Assembly (NCBI GenBank): GCA_041674205.1
Contig: JBAYWF010000001.1
Span: forward strand, 149,003-213,002
Origin: Parcubacteria group bacterium
GTDB lineage: Bacteria > Patescibacteriota > Minisyncoccia > Moranbacterales > UBA2206
DNA: 64,000 nucleotides
Direction: 5' to 3'
How positions within the stretch are numbered: the stretch's first letter is position 1; each line of letters opens with the position of its first letter. A model generated the notes under the pieces. The model worked only from the letters and a program-made list of their open reading frames with translations, had not been told where the DNA came from and ran no database searches. Made by a program: the position numbers and the translations under genes. Positions 27,971 through 37,094 of the stretch are shown here, one piece after another.

Positions 27971-30560
27971 ATGGCGCGTAAGTAGTGTTTTTTTCAAAAA
28001 CCAGATATCTCACGTCGGCGTCTTTTTGTGATTTGTCCTGGAAGTAGCGGGTGGCGACGTATTTGTTTTCCAAGTTTTGGTTGCCGATGATTTTTCCGCC
28101 AGAATCTTTTTCGGGAAGCAGTTTTTTCAGCGCTTCCTGGAATCCGAAGAAGTCTTTTTGCACATCGAAACGCAGGACAATCGTTTCGTCGCCGATCAGC
28201 GCGTCGAGATTTCCATAGTCTTGCGCCATCGCCGCAAGCTCCGGATAACTTCTGGCGTCTTCTTTTTCTTTGCCTTCATCGCGGAAAGAATAATCCTTGT
28301 TGGCTTTTTGATCAAGCGTTATGTTGATGACCGGTTCGCCGGTTCCTTGCAAATCCGGCACGATTCCGTCGATGACGAACCCGTATTTTTCCACATAAGC
28401 CGTTCCGACCGCGATGCGCGGGGAAGTGGTGGCGCGGATGACGTTCTTTTTCGCTTTGTCTTGGATGATTTTTTCAAGCATTTCAGTCCCGATTTTGAGA
28501 CCGTGCAGATCCTTGGAAACCCCGAAGGAACTGGCGAAAAGTTCGTTCTCGCCGAGCCGCGCGAATTTCATAAACGCGATCAATTCGCCTTGGTATTTGA
28601 GCGCGTAGCATTCGAACCGTTCCGGATTTTCCAACAGATCCGCTTCCAGTTTTTCTCCGGCATAAACGCCGGCGAGGGCGGGGACTTGCCCGAGCCAATT
28701 TTCCCGCGTCATCGCGACCGCTTTGCGCGCGTCCTCCTCGTCCAACCCCTCTCCGAACCCCGAAACCTCCAAATCCAAATCCCGGATCATCTCAAAATCG
28801 ATTTCCTGTCCGGATTGTTTGAGGGATTTGAGGAAAGAAGAAAGCAGAATTATTTCCGTCCGTTTTGATTTGAGCTTTTCAATCAGTTCCGCTATGTCGT
28901 TTTCGCTCGCACCGCTCCGGATGTTTTCCGAAAATTCAATGATTATGGTGCGGGCTTCTTCGAGTAGTTGCAACTTTAGCAGATGCCCCATATCGGAATC
29001 AACGTCTTTCGTGATGATTTTTTCCAGAGATCCAGCTTCTTTTTCAGATAGATCGATTATCTGGGAAACTCTTTCAAAAATTTCGGCGGCCTTATCGGGA
29101 GAAATTTTTTCTCCTATGTTCAAAATTTTCCGGCTGTCTTGCAAATCGAATTCACAGATTAAAAATGCTTTCAATCCGTCCAGCTTATAATTTTCCGCGA
29201 ATGAATATAACCTATCTAGCTCGCCGGAAAAACCCAAGTCATACGCGGCAGCGGCCAACCATTGTTGTTCATGCCAAGTGATATTATGTATGCCTGTTCC
29301 GGTTTTTGCCGCAAAATCTCGGGAAATTTTTTGGATAAAGTCATAATTCGTAATAGATCTCAATCTTTTCGCATAATCTTCCGGGCTTTCTTCTTTTCTT
29401 TGCGGATTTTCTTGTGTGATGTCCCATGGCGCAGTCCGGGATAATGTTTCGTCCCTGTCTAATAGCATATAGGCAGTTACCCTGAAGTTGTCCGGCATTT
29501 TTTTCTCCGCCATAATCTTTTGCCTTCTTTGCGTTTTTTCTTCATCGTCCAAAAGGTCGATGACATATTTCACTTCCTTGTAGTTTCCATTATTGGCTAT
29601 GATTCCCGCTTTGCCTTTTTCCAATATAACTATCGTTATGTTTTCCGCAGGTATTCCTTTAAGAAGTGGCAATCCCAGCGCCTTTTTGCCGATAGGATAG
29701 CGCACGCCTTCAAGCCGGACATCGTAATCTATTTCGGACAAGTAAATTTCTTTCCTTTGGACTTCACTGCCTTTTTTCGTCGTCGCCAAATTGAAATCTT
29801 CAAGCTGGACAAGTCCGCTAGCCAGAAGGTTTTTGCATTGGGATGCGAGCGTTTTGTGCGGATTCTGGCTGAAAGACTCTTTGCCTTCGCCAAGATTGCC
29901 GATGAGTTTCTTTGTCCGTTGGGCAGTTAACTTTACAAAACTATTTTTTTCTTCGTCAAAGATCATTAGATTCCCATTTTCATCCCTATATCCTTGATGG
30001 GTTCTGAGTATTTCAGTCGCCAGGGCCATTTCTTTTGCTCCGATTTCTTCACCGTTTTTCGTTTTGATTTTGTAATCCCACTTGCCTTTAATACTTGTTT
30101 TGCCGGGAGCATCATATTGATTCCAATAATTCAAATAATATTTTTTGTCTTTTACAGAATCAATATCGAAAGCCTCTTCCTTGTTTGCAGGAATATTAAA
30201 CAAGGGGATTGCTTCCGGAATAGGAAGATTGTTTTGTATGGCGTTATCAAAGTCTTTTTTTGATACGATAGGAAATTCTCCCAATTGTTCAAAAAACAAT
30301 TGATAAACATTAGAGCATTTATTTTTTTCCAACGAAATCCCTTTTTCCGCATAACTATTTTTGGAAACAAGGAGGGCGGAAAATTTTTCCAAATCCAAAA
30401 TAGGAATCCCTTCATGGAATTCCATTATCCCATTTTCTTGCAGGATTTCCAGAACCTTCTCCTTTGTCTCCTCACGCTCCTGATTTTTTTCCGGGGTAAG
30501 TATTTTCGGATCGGAAGTCCCGGGATTTGGCATAAAAGGCTCGCGCATCATATATTTCAT
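27969..30560 (-). CDS. large protein with C-terminal GNAT acetyltransferase domain
   Basis: FGVSKDLHGLKIGTEML acetyl-CoA motif A and YVEKYGF; N-terminal ~550 aa unassigned. Confidence 0.7.
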   Translation of the reverse strand: MKYMMREPFMPNPGTSDPKILTPEKNQEREETKEKVLEILQENGIMEFHEGIPILDLEKFSALLVSKNSYAEKGISLEKNKCSNVYQLFFEQLGEFPIVSKKDFDNAIQNNLPIPEAIPLFNIPANKEEAFDIDSVKDKKYYLNYWNQYDAPGKTSIKGKWDYKIKTKNGEEIGAKEMALATEILRTHQGYRDENGNLMIFDEEKNSFVKLTAQRTKKLIGNLGEGKESFSQNPHKTLASQCKNLLASGLVQLEDFNLATTKKGSEVQRKEIYLSEIDYDVRLEGVRYPIGKKALGLPLLKGIPAENITIVILEKGKAGIIANNGNYKEVKYVIDLLDDEEKTQRRQKIMAEKKMPDNFRVTAYMLLDRDETLSRTAPWDITQENPQRKEESPEDYAKRLRSITNYDFIQKISRDFAAKTGTGIHNITWHEQQWLAAAAYDLGFSGELDRLYSFAENYKLDGLKAFLICEFDLQDSRKILNIGEKISPDKAAEIFERVSQIIDLSEKEAGSLEKIITKDVDSDMGHLLKLQLLEEARTIIIEFSENIRSGASENDIAELIEKLKSKRTEIILLSSFLKSLKQSGQEIDFEMIRDLDLEVSGFGEGLDEEDARKAVAMTRENWLGQVPALAGVYAGEKLEADLLENPERFECYALKYQGELIAFMKFARLGENELFASSFGVSKDLHGLKIGTEMLEKIIQDKAKKNVIRATTSPRIAVGTAYVEKYGFVIDGIVPDLQGTGEPVINITLDQKANKDYSFRDEGKEKEDARSYPELAAMAQDYGNLDALIGDETIVLRFDVQKDFFGFQEALKKLLPEKDSGGKIIGNQNLENKYVATRYFQDKSQKDADVRYLVFEKNTTYAP

Positions 30561-30815
30561 TTGGAAAATTATGCTCTCATTCTACCATCTTCATAGCAAA
30601 AAAACCAACAAAATCCGCAGAACATCCAATGAGGGATCTGAATGATCCTCAAGAGAGAGATTTGAAAAATCGCCCAAAATCCCTCTTTGCTCCGCGAAAT
30701 TCTATCGGTTTTTTGCAAGTTTATTTGTAAAAATAGCTACTATGAAATTTCAATATATTAAAATATCAATAATAGAGCGAACCCGTGAAATTACAACGAG
30801 TTCGCTTATGGATTG

Positions 30816-31319
30816 TCACCACTCAAGAATAAATTTTGATGGTGCCAACTTTTCGTCCGCCAGGGAGTTTTTGATTAGGAATTCTTTTTTTCCGTCATGA
30901 GACCGGATCGTATAAAGTCCCAACCAAACCAACTCAAAAACTTCCTGGTGTTGGTTTTCTGGAACCACCTCCTTCAGTTTGTTTTTGAAAACACTTTCAG
31001 TAATGCCGAGACAGGGTATCATGGGATCGATACTATCAGTCTCTTCGAGGGCTTTTTTATAAAAACTCTCGAAAAGTTGCAGATCTGCCCACTCATAGTT
31101 TGTCTCCGCTGGAGTGTCAGCGTCAAAAGGCTCAAATACTCCGAGGGCTTGCACTACCTCTTTTCTGCCACAAAATTTCCTTCTTCTCTTAAAATATAAA
31201 TACCAAGAAGAAGGATTTTCCGGAGCCTGCTCAAGCCTTGCTGAAACAAATGCCCTTCGTTTTGGCATATTATTAAATGCCTTGACTGCTTCAAGAATAG
31301 CCTCTTCATAGTTTTTCAT
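30816..31319 (-). CDS. hypothetical protein (167 aa)
   Basis: SD AAGGAGG; AT-rich ORFan in repeat-delimited array. Confidence 0.65.
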   Translation of the reverse strand: MKNYEEAILEAVKAFNNMPKRRAFVSARLEQAPENPSSWYLYFKRRRKFCGRKEVVQALGVFEPFDADTPAETNYEWADLQLFESFYKKALEETDSIDPMIPCLGITESVFKNKLKEVVPENQHQEVFELVWLGLYTIRSHDGKKEFLIKNSLADEKLAPSKFILEW

Positions 31320-31350
31320 GGCTGCACCCTCCTTGTTCTTGTTTTTAAGA

Positions 31351-31427
31351 GTACTTCTGAAAATTTATATTTCAATAATATAAACTTTATTGAAGGGGCA
31401 AGCGGTCGGATGACGCGCTTGCCCATA
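31351..31427. repeat. 77-bp intergenic direct repeat, copy 1
   Basis: 70/77 identical to 31861-31937 by manual alignment; contains TTCAATAA-N8-TTATTGAA and a GGGCAAGCG/CGCTTGCCC hairpin. Confidence 0.95.
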
Positions 31428-31428
31428 G

Positions 31429-31836
31429 CTAGATGATTTCACTAACTATATCAACATGTTCAAAATCATACTCCCAAGTTAATCTGCAGTCATTGCATAC
31501 ACAGCTCATTTTTCTAAAAGTGGACTGTATTTTTTTGAGCAGTTTTTTTCCGATTTTACTTTGTGCGTCGATAAAGACACCTGCCTTGGCTTCAACTTCT
31601 ATCTCGTGATATATGTGAGATATAGTCAATCCGCTCATTAGTGTGCATTCCTCCGGATCATCGCTGATCTTACAACTCTCTCTGCACACTCTGCAGGTGA
31701 GGGTGGGGTCATCAAAGACACGCTCTTCGATGCAAATTGGCACCGAGTAGAGGGTTTTCCCAACTTTGATTCCCACCACCCTGTTTATGGAGTGATATTG
31801 CTCTGTTATAATAGGGGATATCTCTGTTTTATTCAT
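31429..31836 (-). CDS. hypothetical Cys-rich protein (135 aa)
   Basis: SD AGGAGG; CRVC...C, C.CNDC possible Zn sites. Confidence 0.65.
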   Translation of the reverse strand: MNKTEISPIITEQYHSINRVVGIKVGKTLYSVPICIEERVFDDPTLTCRVCRESCKISDDPEECTLMSGLTISHIYHEIEVEAKAGVFIDAQSKIGKKLLKKIQSTFRKMSCVCNDCRLTWEYDFEHVDIVSEII

Positions 31837-31860
31837 GGTTCCTCCTAGGTTTTTTTGAAG

Positions 31861-31937
31861 GTACTTCTAAGAGTTTATATTTCAATAATATAAACTTTAT
31901 TGAAGGGGCAAGCGATCAAATGACACGCTTGCCCATA
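31861..31937. repeat. 77-bp intergenic direct repeat, copy 2
   Basis: Copy of 31351-31427, 510 bp apart. Confidence 0.95.
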
Positions 31938-31941
31938 CCCT

Positions 31942-32577
31942 CTAGCCTAGTGACCAGTAAGACAAGAAGTCCTTATCGGCTGTGGCATCAGCATACCAAG
32001 CCGATAGTTCCGGAATGGTGACTTTTTTCTCGTCATACTCTTCAGACGAGAAAAAAACATACCAAGGAAAAAGATATTGTTCGTCCTCTTTGATGGAGGA
32101 TAAACAACGTCTACGCTCTTTGTTAAGCGGGGTCAACCTATGATAGGGAATTTTTTCAATTATTCCCTCATATGCTGAAGGCATCTCAATTCCACTTTCA
32201 TGCGCGCCAATTACAATCATCGCGTAGCAATCAAGTATAAAAAATGCCATTGACACCAGTAATTGGTTTTTTTGTTCGAGACTTTTAACCATCTCGACCA
32301 CGATTTTTGCGTTTTCATCATCGCGGTCAAAATTGCATCCCAGTTCGTTTCCACTAAGATCGAATGTCACGCCTGATCCTAAAACCTCAACTGCCATTTC
32401 GACTCCGCGAATAATTCGCGGGGTGATTTTTGCGGGCATTATTGAAGATACCTCATTAAATCTGGCTTCGTCGCACGCCCCTATAATGTGTTCAAAACCT
32501 ATTGAACACAAAAAGGATTCTTGTTTGGACATTTTGTTTAAAAATGACACCAACCGTTTGATTCTTCTCTTATTCAT
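31942..32577 (-). CDS. hypothetical protein (211 aa)
   Basis: SD AGGAG; first gene of the ORFan array. Confidence 0.65.
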   Translation of the reverse strand: MNKRRIKRLVSFLNKMSKQESFLCSIGFEHIIGACDEARFNEVSSIMPAKITPRIIRGVEMAVEVLGSGVTFDLSGNELGCNFDRDDENAKIVVEMVKSLEQKNQLLVSMAFFILDCYAMIVIGAHESGIEMPSAYEGIIEKIPYHRLTPLNKERRRCLSSIKEDEQYLFPWYVFFSSEEYDEKKVTIPELSAWYADATADKDFLSYWSLG

Positions 32578-32861
32578 GGTTTTCTCCTGTCAGGGATTGA
32601 TTTTAAAAGAACTTTTGTCAAGTCTGCCCGCCTTGGGAGGAATCTATCTTTTTTGCTCTCTCATCTTGACTTGGCAGTATAGCATAATGGGAGCGGAATG
32701 TCAATAACAAAAAGCACAAAAATGGCTAATTTGTCATAATTTTGCTAACAAAAAGAAATAATTTGGCTTGGTTTCGTTTGCAAAGTGTCATATCCAAAAT
32801 TGACACAATCTTCAAAATCTGCTAAAATAACAGCAGGATTAACTTTGTAAAGACAGCGGAT

Positions 32862-33617
32862 ATGGAAAATAGCATATTTTTAGCAGCCGGATTGACCCAG
32901 GCGCAAGGGGAAGTGCTGGACTTCCTGTTGGAAAACGGGGAGTGCCGGGCCAGTTTCATCACCCGCCGGATCAACCGTCCCCGGGGCGTGGTCTATAAAG
33001 TGCTGGATGATTTGGAAAAGATGGGGCTGGCGAAGCGCAAGGATCTGGCGGACAGCGTGGGCGTCTATGTTTCCGAACATCCGGCGAAAATCGAGGAATT
33101 GTTCGAACGGAAAGCGCGGGAATTGGAGCGGCAGAGGCGGATTTTTTCCCAGGTGTTGCCGGATTTGGTTTCTTCCTACAACCTGTCCAGCGACAAACCG
33201 GACATCAGGTTTCTGGAAGGCAATGAGGGGATCAGGACCGTAATCGAGGATACCCTCAAAAGCCAGGGGGAGATCCGCACGTTCATCGATATGGAGGCGC
33301 TCGAATCGGATCCGGAACTGGTGGAGATAAACCGGGAATATGTCAAAAAAAGGGTGAAGACCAACACCCGGAAAAAGATGATCGTCCCGGAATCGGACCG
33401 GAAATATTTCAAGGATTACGACACCTCTATGACCGAAGTGCGGTTTTTGAAAGGGGACGCCTATCCGTTCAAGTCCGGTATGCAGATATATGGCAACAAG
33501 GTGTCTTTCCAAACCATCGACAAGGGCAAGCGGATCGCGGTCATCATCGAAGACAAAAATATCTGCGAAATGCACAAATTGCTTTTCGAATATATCTGGA
33601 AAACGCTGGAAACGTAG
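32862..33617 (+). CDS. TrmB-family transcriptional regulator
   Basis: N-terminal wHTH (GLT..Q..V, RGVVYKVLDDLEKMGL), KPDIRFLEG, IYGNKV, FEYIW tail. Confidence 0.85.
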   Translation: MENSIFLAAGLTQAQGEVLDFLLENGECRASFITRRINRPRGVVYKVLDDLEKMGLAKRKDLADSVGVYVSEHPAKIEELFERKARELERQRRIFSQVLPDLVSSYNLSSDKPDIRFLEGNEGIRTVIEDTLKSQGEIRTFIDMEALESDPELVEINREYVKKRVKTNTRKKMIVPESDRKYFKDYDTSMTEVRFLKGDAYPFKSGMQIYGNKVSFQTIDKGKRIAVIIEDKNICEMHKLLFEYIWKTLET

Positions 33618-33688
33618 TTTTTGTCCGGCTGTTGACTTTTTCTGGAAGGTGTGTTATAAAAAACAATTAAATATTAAATATCAGAAAA

Positions 33689-34687
33689 ATGAATAACGTT
33701 AATAAATTAAAGGTAGCCTACCTATTGGCAGTGCTTGTGCTTTCAACCGATTTGATCCTGTATCTTGTAAACAATGAAGAAGGATTGGGTATCTTTGATT
33801 TCGTAATGCCATTGTTCGTATTTTTCTTTGTTTCAATTTTCCTATCATTTTTTTATGCCCTGGGATTTGAAGGCATAAAAAGGAGCTCCATTGTTTCTAA
33901 ATCTATCGGAATTAGTTTTATTGTCTGGATCATTACGCTTAGTGCGCCCAGATTGTTATTTCAAATATTGGGAGTCGATACTGACAAAACAATCCTTATT
34001 TGGGATTATATGATTCAATTGGGCGTAGGATTGTTCCTGATTAAGCGTTTTAGATTGGTGAAATCATCGGTCATCCTGGCTATTTTGTTCCCGCCGTTGT
34101 CCAATTTGTATTTCTTATTATATGGGTTGTATAAGGATAACTTAGGATACGGAGGTGCAAAAAAAGATGTTATTAAGGAAAATTCACCAGGGCTTGAATC
34201 GACAGAGGAAATTGAAAATAAGGATAACGGCAAATACAAAGGATTGTGGGGGTGGGTAATTATGATTTTGTGGTCGTTGATTTTTGTAATAACCATGAAT
34301 GCATATGGTTTTTTAAAAGGGGTCCGCACCTTTGAAACTATTGGTTATTCCGAAGCATATCTATTCGTATTAAATGGGGGCTATGATATGTTTTTAGTAT
34401 TTTTTGTCGTATTAAAGACATTGGCTTTGTTTGTATTCGCGATTATGTTCATATATTCAGCGTGGCTTTTTTTTAGGGGAAAACGGGATTTTGTAGCATT
34501 TGTTTCCAGAATTTTAATGATAGAGTTGTTATTCCTGGTTGCAGTATCTGTCTATGGATGGTTCCATCATAATGATTCGGCATATTTGGGTAATGGCGCA
34601 GATTATATCTGGTTTTTAGCGGTATTTTTGATATGGAAGATTTTTGTGTCAAAATCTAAACGAGCTAAAGCAATTTTTATAAATTGA
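33689..34687 (+). CDS. AT-rich membrane protein, C-terminus DUF2569-like
   Basis: Multi-TM; KGLWGW and SKRAKAIF motifs. Confidence 0.6.
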   Translation: MNNVNKLKVAYLLAVLVLSTDLILYLVNNEEGLGIFDFVMPLFVFFFVSIFLSFFYALGFEGIKRSSIVSKSIGISFIVWIITLSAPRLLFQILGVDTDKTILIWDYMIQLGVGLFLIKRFRLVKSSVILAILFPPLSNLYFLLYGLYKDNLGYGGAKKDVIKENSPGLESTEEIENKDNGKYKGLWGWVIMILWSLIFVITMNAYGFLKGVRTFETIGYSEAYLFVLNGGYDMFLVFFVVLKTLALFVFAIMFIYSAWLFFRGKRDFVAFVSRILMIELLFLVAVSVYGWFHHNDSAYLGNGADYIWFLAVFLIWKIFVSKSKRAKAIFIN

Positions 34688-34752
34688 CGCTTTTCTTCAC
34701 AAAATTTAGAATCTATATTATAATGGTATCTCGATAGTAATCATATTTTTTT

Positions 34753-36204
34753 ATGGCCAACGATAACGTAGCGGTCAGATTCAATAAAGTGTCCTTTGAT
34801 TTCGGACGCGACAAGCCTATTTTGGACGAGGCGTCTTTCGCTTTGCGCCGCGGCTCCAAAATCACTTTGATGGGCCAGAACGGGGCCGGCAAGAGCACGA
34901 TTCTCAATATGATCACCGGGGAATTGAAAGCGCACGACGGTTCCATCTATGTCGATCCGGACCTGAAGATCGCCTATGCCAAGCAAGTCATTCCGAGGCA
35001 ACAGTTGACGCTGACTATGCGGGAATTTTTCGCGGCTTGTTTTTCCGGGAAAGATTATGAACTTGACCGGCGGATCGAAGAGGTTTTGGAGGTGGTCAAT
35101 TTGAAGGCGCCGTCCGACCGGCTGATCAAGGACTTTTCCGGCGGGCAACAGGCGCGCTTGCTTTTGGCTTCCGCTTTGATCCAGAATCCGGACATTTTGA
35201 TTTTGGACGAGCCGACCAACAACTTGGACCGGGCTGGCATCGAACACCTGACCCAATTTTTGATAATGTATGACAAGACTTGCATCGTCATTTCCCATGA
35301 CGCGGACTTTTTGAATATGTTCACCGACGGCGTGCTGTATCTGGATGTTTTCACGAAAAAAATCGACCAATATATCGGCGACTACTATGTGGTGGTGGCG
35401 GAAATCGCGGCCCGCATTGAAAAGGAAGAGCGCAAGAACGCGCAATATGAAAAAGAAATCATCGCCAACAAGGAAAAAGCTAATTTTTTCGCCAACAAGG
35501 GCGGCGGTATGCGTTTGGTAGCCAAGAAAATGCGTGAAAAAGCGGCGGCGATGGAGGAAGCCAAAGTGGACGTGCGGCGGGAAGACAAAGCGATCCGGGA
35601 ATTTGAGATTCCGGTCCAAGAGGGATTGGGCGGGGAAATTTTGAACATCTCGTCTTTTACGATTATGCAGGAGCATAAACTGGTGGAGAAAAAAGCTAAC
35701 ATTTCCTTGAAGAAAAAGAACCACCTTTTGATTTCCGGACCCAACGGCATCGGCAAAAGCACTTTGATCGAGGCGATGGCGCGAGGCAAGGCCAAGGGAG
35801 CGCAAATCACCGAGGGTGTGCGGGTGGGCTATTACCGCCAAGATTTTTCGACTTTGAATTTCGAGCACACCGTGCGCGAATCGTTGTTTTCCGTTATGCG
35901 CAGTGAAGATGAAGAGCGTATGCGCAGCGTAGCCTCCGGATTTTTGCTGACCAAAGAAGTCATCAATTCCAAAATCGGCACTCTGTCGGAAGGTCAAAAA
36001 GGTTTGGTGGCTTTCGCGCAGCTGGTGCTTTTGGAACCGGGGCTTCTGATTCTGGACGAGCCGACCAACCACATCAATTTCCGCCACTTGCCGATCATCG
36101 CCAAAGCCTTGGATCAGTTCGAAGGCGCGATGATTTTGGTGAGCCATGTGCCGGAATTCGTGGAACAGATCCGGATCGACGAAACGCTGGATTTGGAGAA
36201 ATAG
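34753..36204 (+). CDS. ABC-F family ATPase
   Basis: Two NBDs (GQNGAGKST/FSGGQ/LDEPTNNLD; GPNGIGKST/LSEGQ/LDEPTNH), no TM. Confidence 0.93.
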   Translation: MANDNVAVRFNKVSFDFGRDKPILDEASFALRRGSKITLMGQNGAGKSTILNMITGELKAHDGSIYVDPDLKIAYAKQVIPRQQLTLTMREFFAACFSGKDYELDRRIEEVLEVVNLKAPSDRLIKDFSGGQQARLLLASALIQNPDILILDEPTNNLDRAGIEHLTQFLIMYDKTCIVISHDADFLNMFTDGVLYLDVFTKKIDQYIGDYYVVVAEIAARIEKEERKNAQYEKEIIANKEKANFFANKGGGMRLVAKKMREKAAAMEEAKVDVRREDKAIREFEIPVQEGLGGEILNISSFTIMQEHKLVEKKANISLKKKNHLLISGPNGIGKSTLIEAMARGKAKGAQITEGVRVGYYRQDFSTLNFEHTVRESLFSVMRSEDEERMRSVASGFLLTKEVINSKIGTLSEGQKGLVAFAQLVLLEPGLLILDEPTNHINFRHLPIIAKALDQFEGAMILVSHVPEFVEQIRIDETLDLEK

Positions 36205-36294
36205 CCTTTTGGAAGCCGATGTGATTTTCAATATGCCGGGCGCAGTTTTTTTATTTTTTAATATTATGCCGTTAACTTTCCATAAGGGGGAAAT

Positions 36295-36570
36295 ATGAGG
36301 AAAAAATTAGAGCTGTTTCTTTGGGCGGTAATCTGGCTCTCGCTAGGGGGCATACTGGAAAAGATGGGGAATGGGCCGAGAGTGATCCCGTTCCAAATCA
36401 GTCCGAATTCGGTTTGCTTCATTCCATCGGATGCGGAAGTGGTCGAAGTGGAACATTCCCTGGACGGTTGCTACTATTATAGCGACGGAAAGCGGTATTT
36501 TTCCGCTGGTTATGGCGATGCGGAAACATCCGGTCGCGGCAAAGGGTTCGATATCGCGCTAAGGAGGTGA
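36295..36570 (+). CDS. hypothetical protein with N-terminal TM/signal
   Basis: SD AAGGGGG; terminator at 36600-36634. Confidence 0.55.
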   Translation: MRKKLELFLWAVIWLSLGGILEKMGNGPRVIPFQISPNSVCFIPSDAEVVEVEHSLDGCYYYSDGKRYFSAGYGDAETSGRGKGFDIALRR

Positions 36571-36599
36571 ATGAAGCGGTATCGCAGCGGCAATTTTGG

Positions 36600-36634
36600 G
36601 CCTATGGATTTGATCCCGAATCCATAGGCTTTTT
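36600..36634 (+). terminator. intrinsic terminator
   Basis: GCCTATGGATT/AATCCATAGGC plus TTTTT. Confidence 0.75.
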
Positions 36635-36653
36635 CTATATATACCTCTGCCCC

Positions 36654-36682
36654 TTTACAAAAAGCAAGGGGTATGCTATACT
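36654..36682 (+). promoter_or_regulatory. sigma70 promoter of csp gene (leader ~85 nt)
   Basis: TTTACA, 17 nt, TGcTATACT. Confidence 0.65.
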
Positions 36683-36772
36683 GGTTTTAATCACAGTAGC
36701 GTGCAGCAGTAGCGTAGTCGAACTTTCTTTGCATTGCGGTATGTGTATTTAATCAATTTGTACTATATCAAA

Positions 36773-36973
36773 ATGGCACAAGGAACAATCAAACGATTGA
36801 CTGATCGTGGATTCGGATTCATCACACAAGATGGTGAAGACAAGGATCTATTCTTTCATGCAAAAGAACTACAAGGTGTAGAATTCAATGACTTGAAGGA
36901 AGGCGACCGTGTTCAATTCGAAGTTAGCGAAAGCCCGAAAGGACCGAACGCTACCAACGTATCAAGAGCATAG
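36773..36973 (+). CDS. cspA: cold-shock protein
   Basis: MAQGTIK, RGFGFI (RNP1), LFFH (RNP2), KGPNA.NV; start 36773 rather than 36734. Confidence 0.93.
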   Translation: MAQGTIKRLTDRGFGFITQDGEDKDLFFHAKELQGVEFNDLKEGDRVQFEVSESPKGPNATNVSRA

Positions 36974-36989
36974 TTCGATTCGCGAACAG

Positions 36990-37023
36990 AAAAAGCTCCG
37001 CTTCACGCGGAGCTTTTTTGTTT
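36990..37023 (+). terminator. intrinsic terminator
   Basis: AAAAAGCTCCGC-TTCAC-GCGGAGCTTTTTT. Confidence 0.85.
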
Positions 37024-37094
37024 GCCAGGGAGCCATTGATTAATCTGATAAAAAGGAGTAGGATGCTAGGATGACAATTCTAGATAATATCATT

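Noticed and set aside
31351-31937. CRISPR array or canonical integron attC sites
   Set aside because: Two copies of 77 bp separated by a whole gene, no cas genes, no RYYYAAC...GTTRRRY boundaries around the hairpin and no integrase in the window.
34741-36231. 496-aa minus-strand ORF
   Set aside because: Antisense shadow of the ABC-F gene; no motifs.
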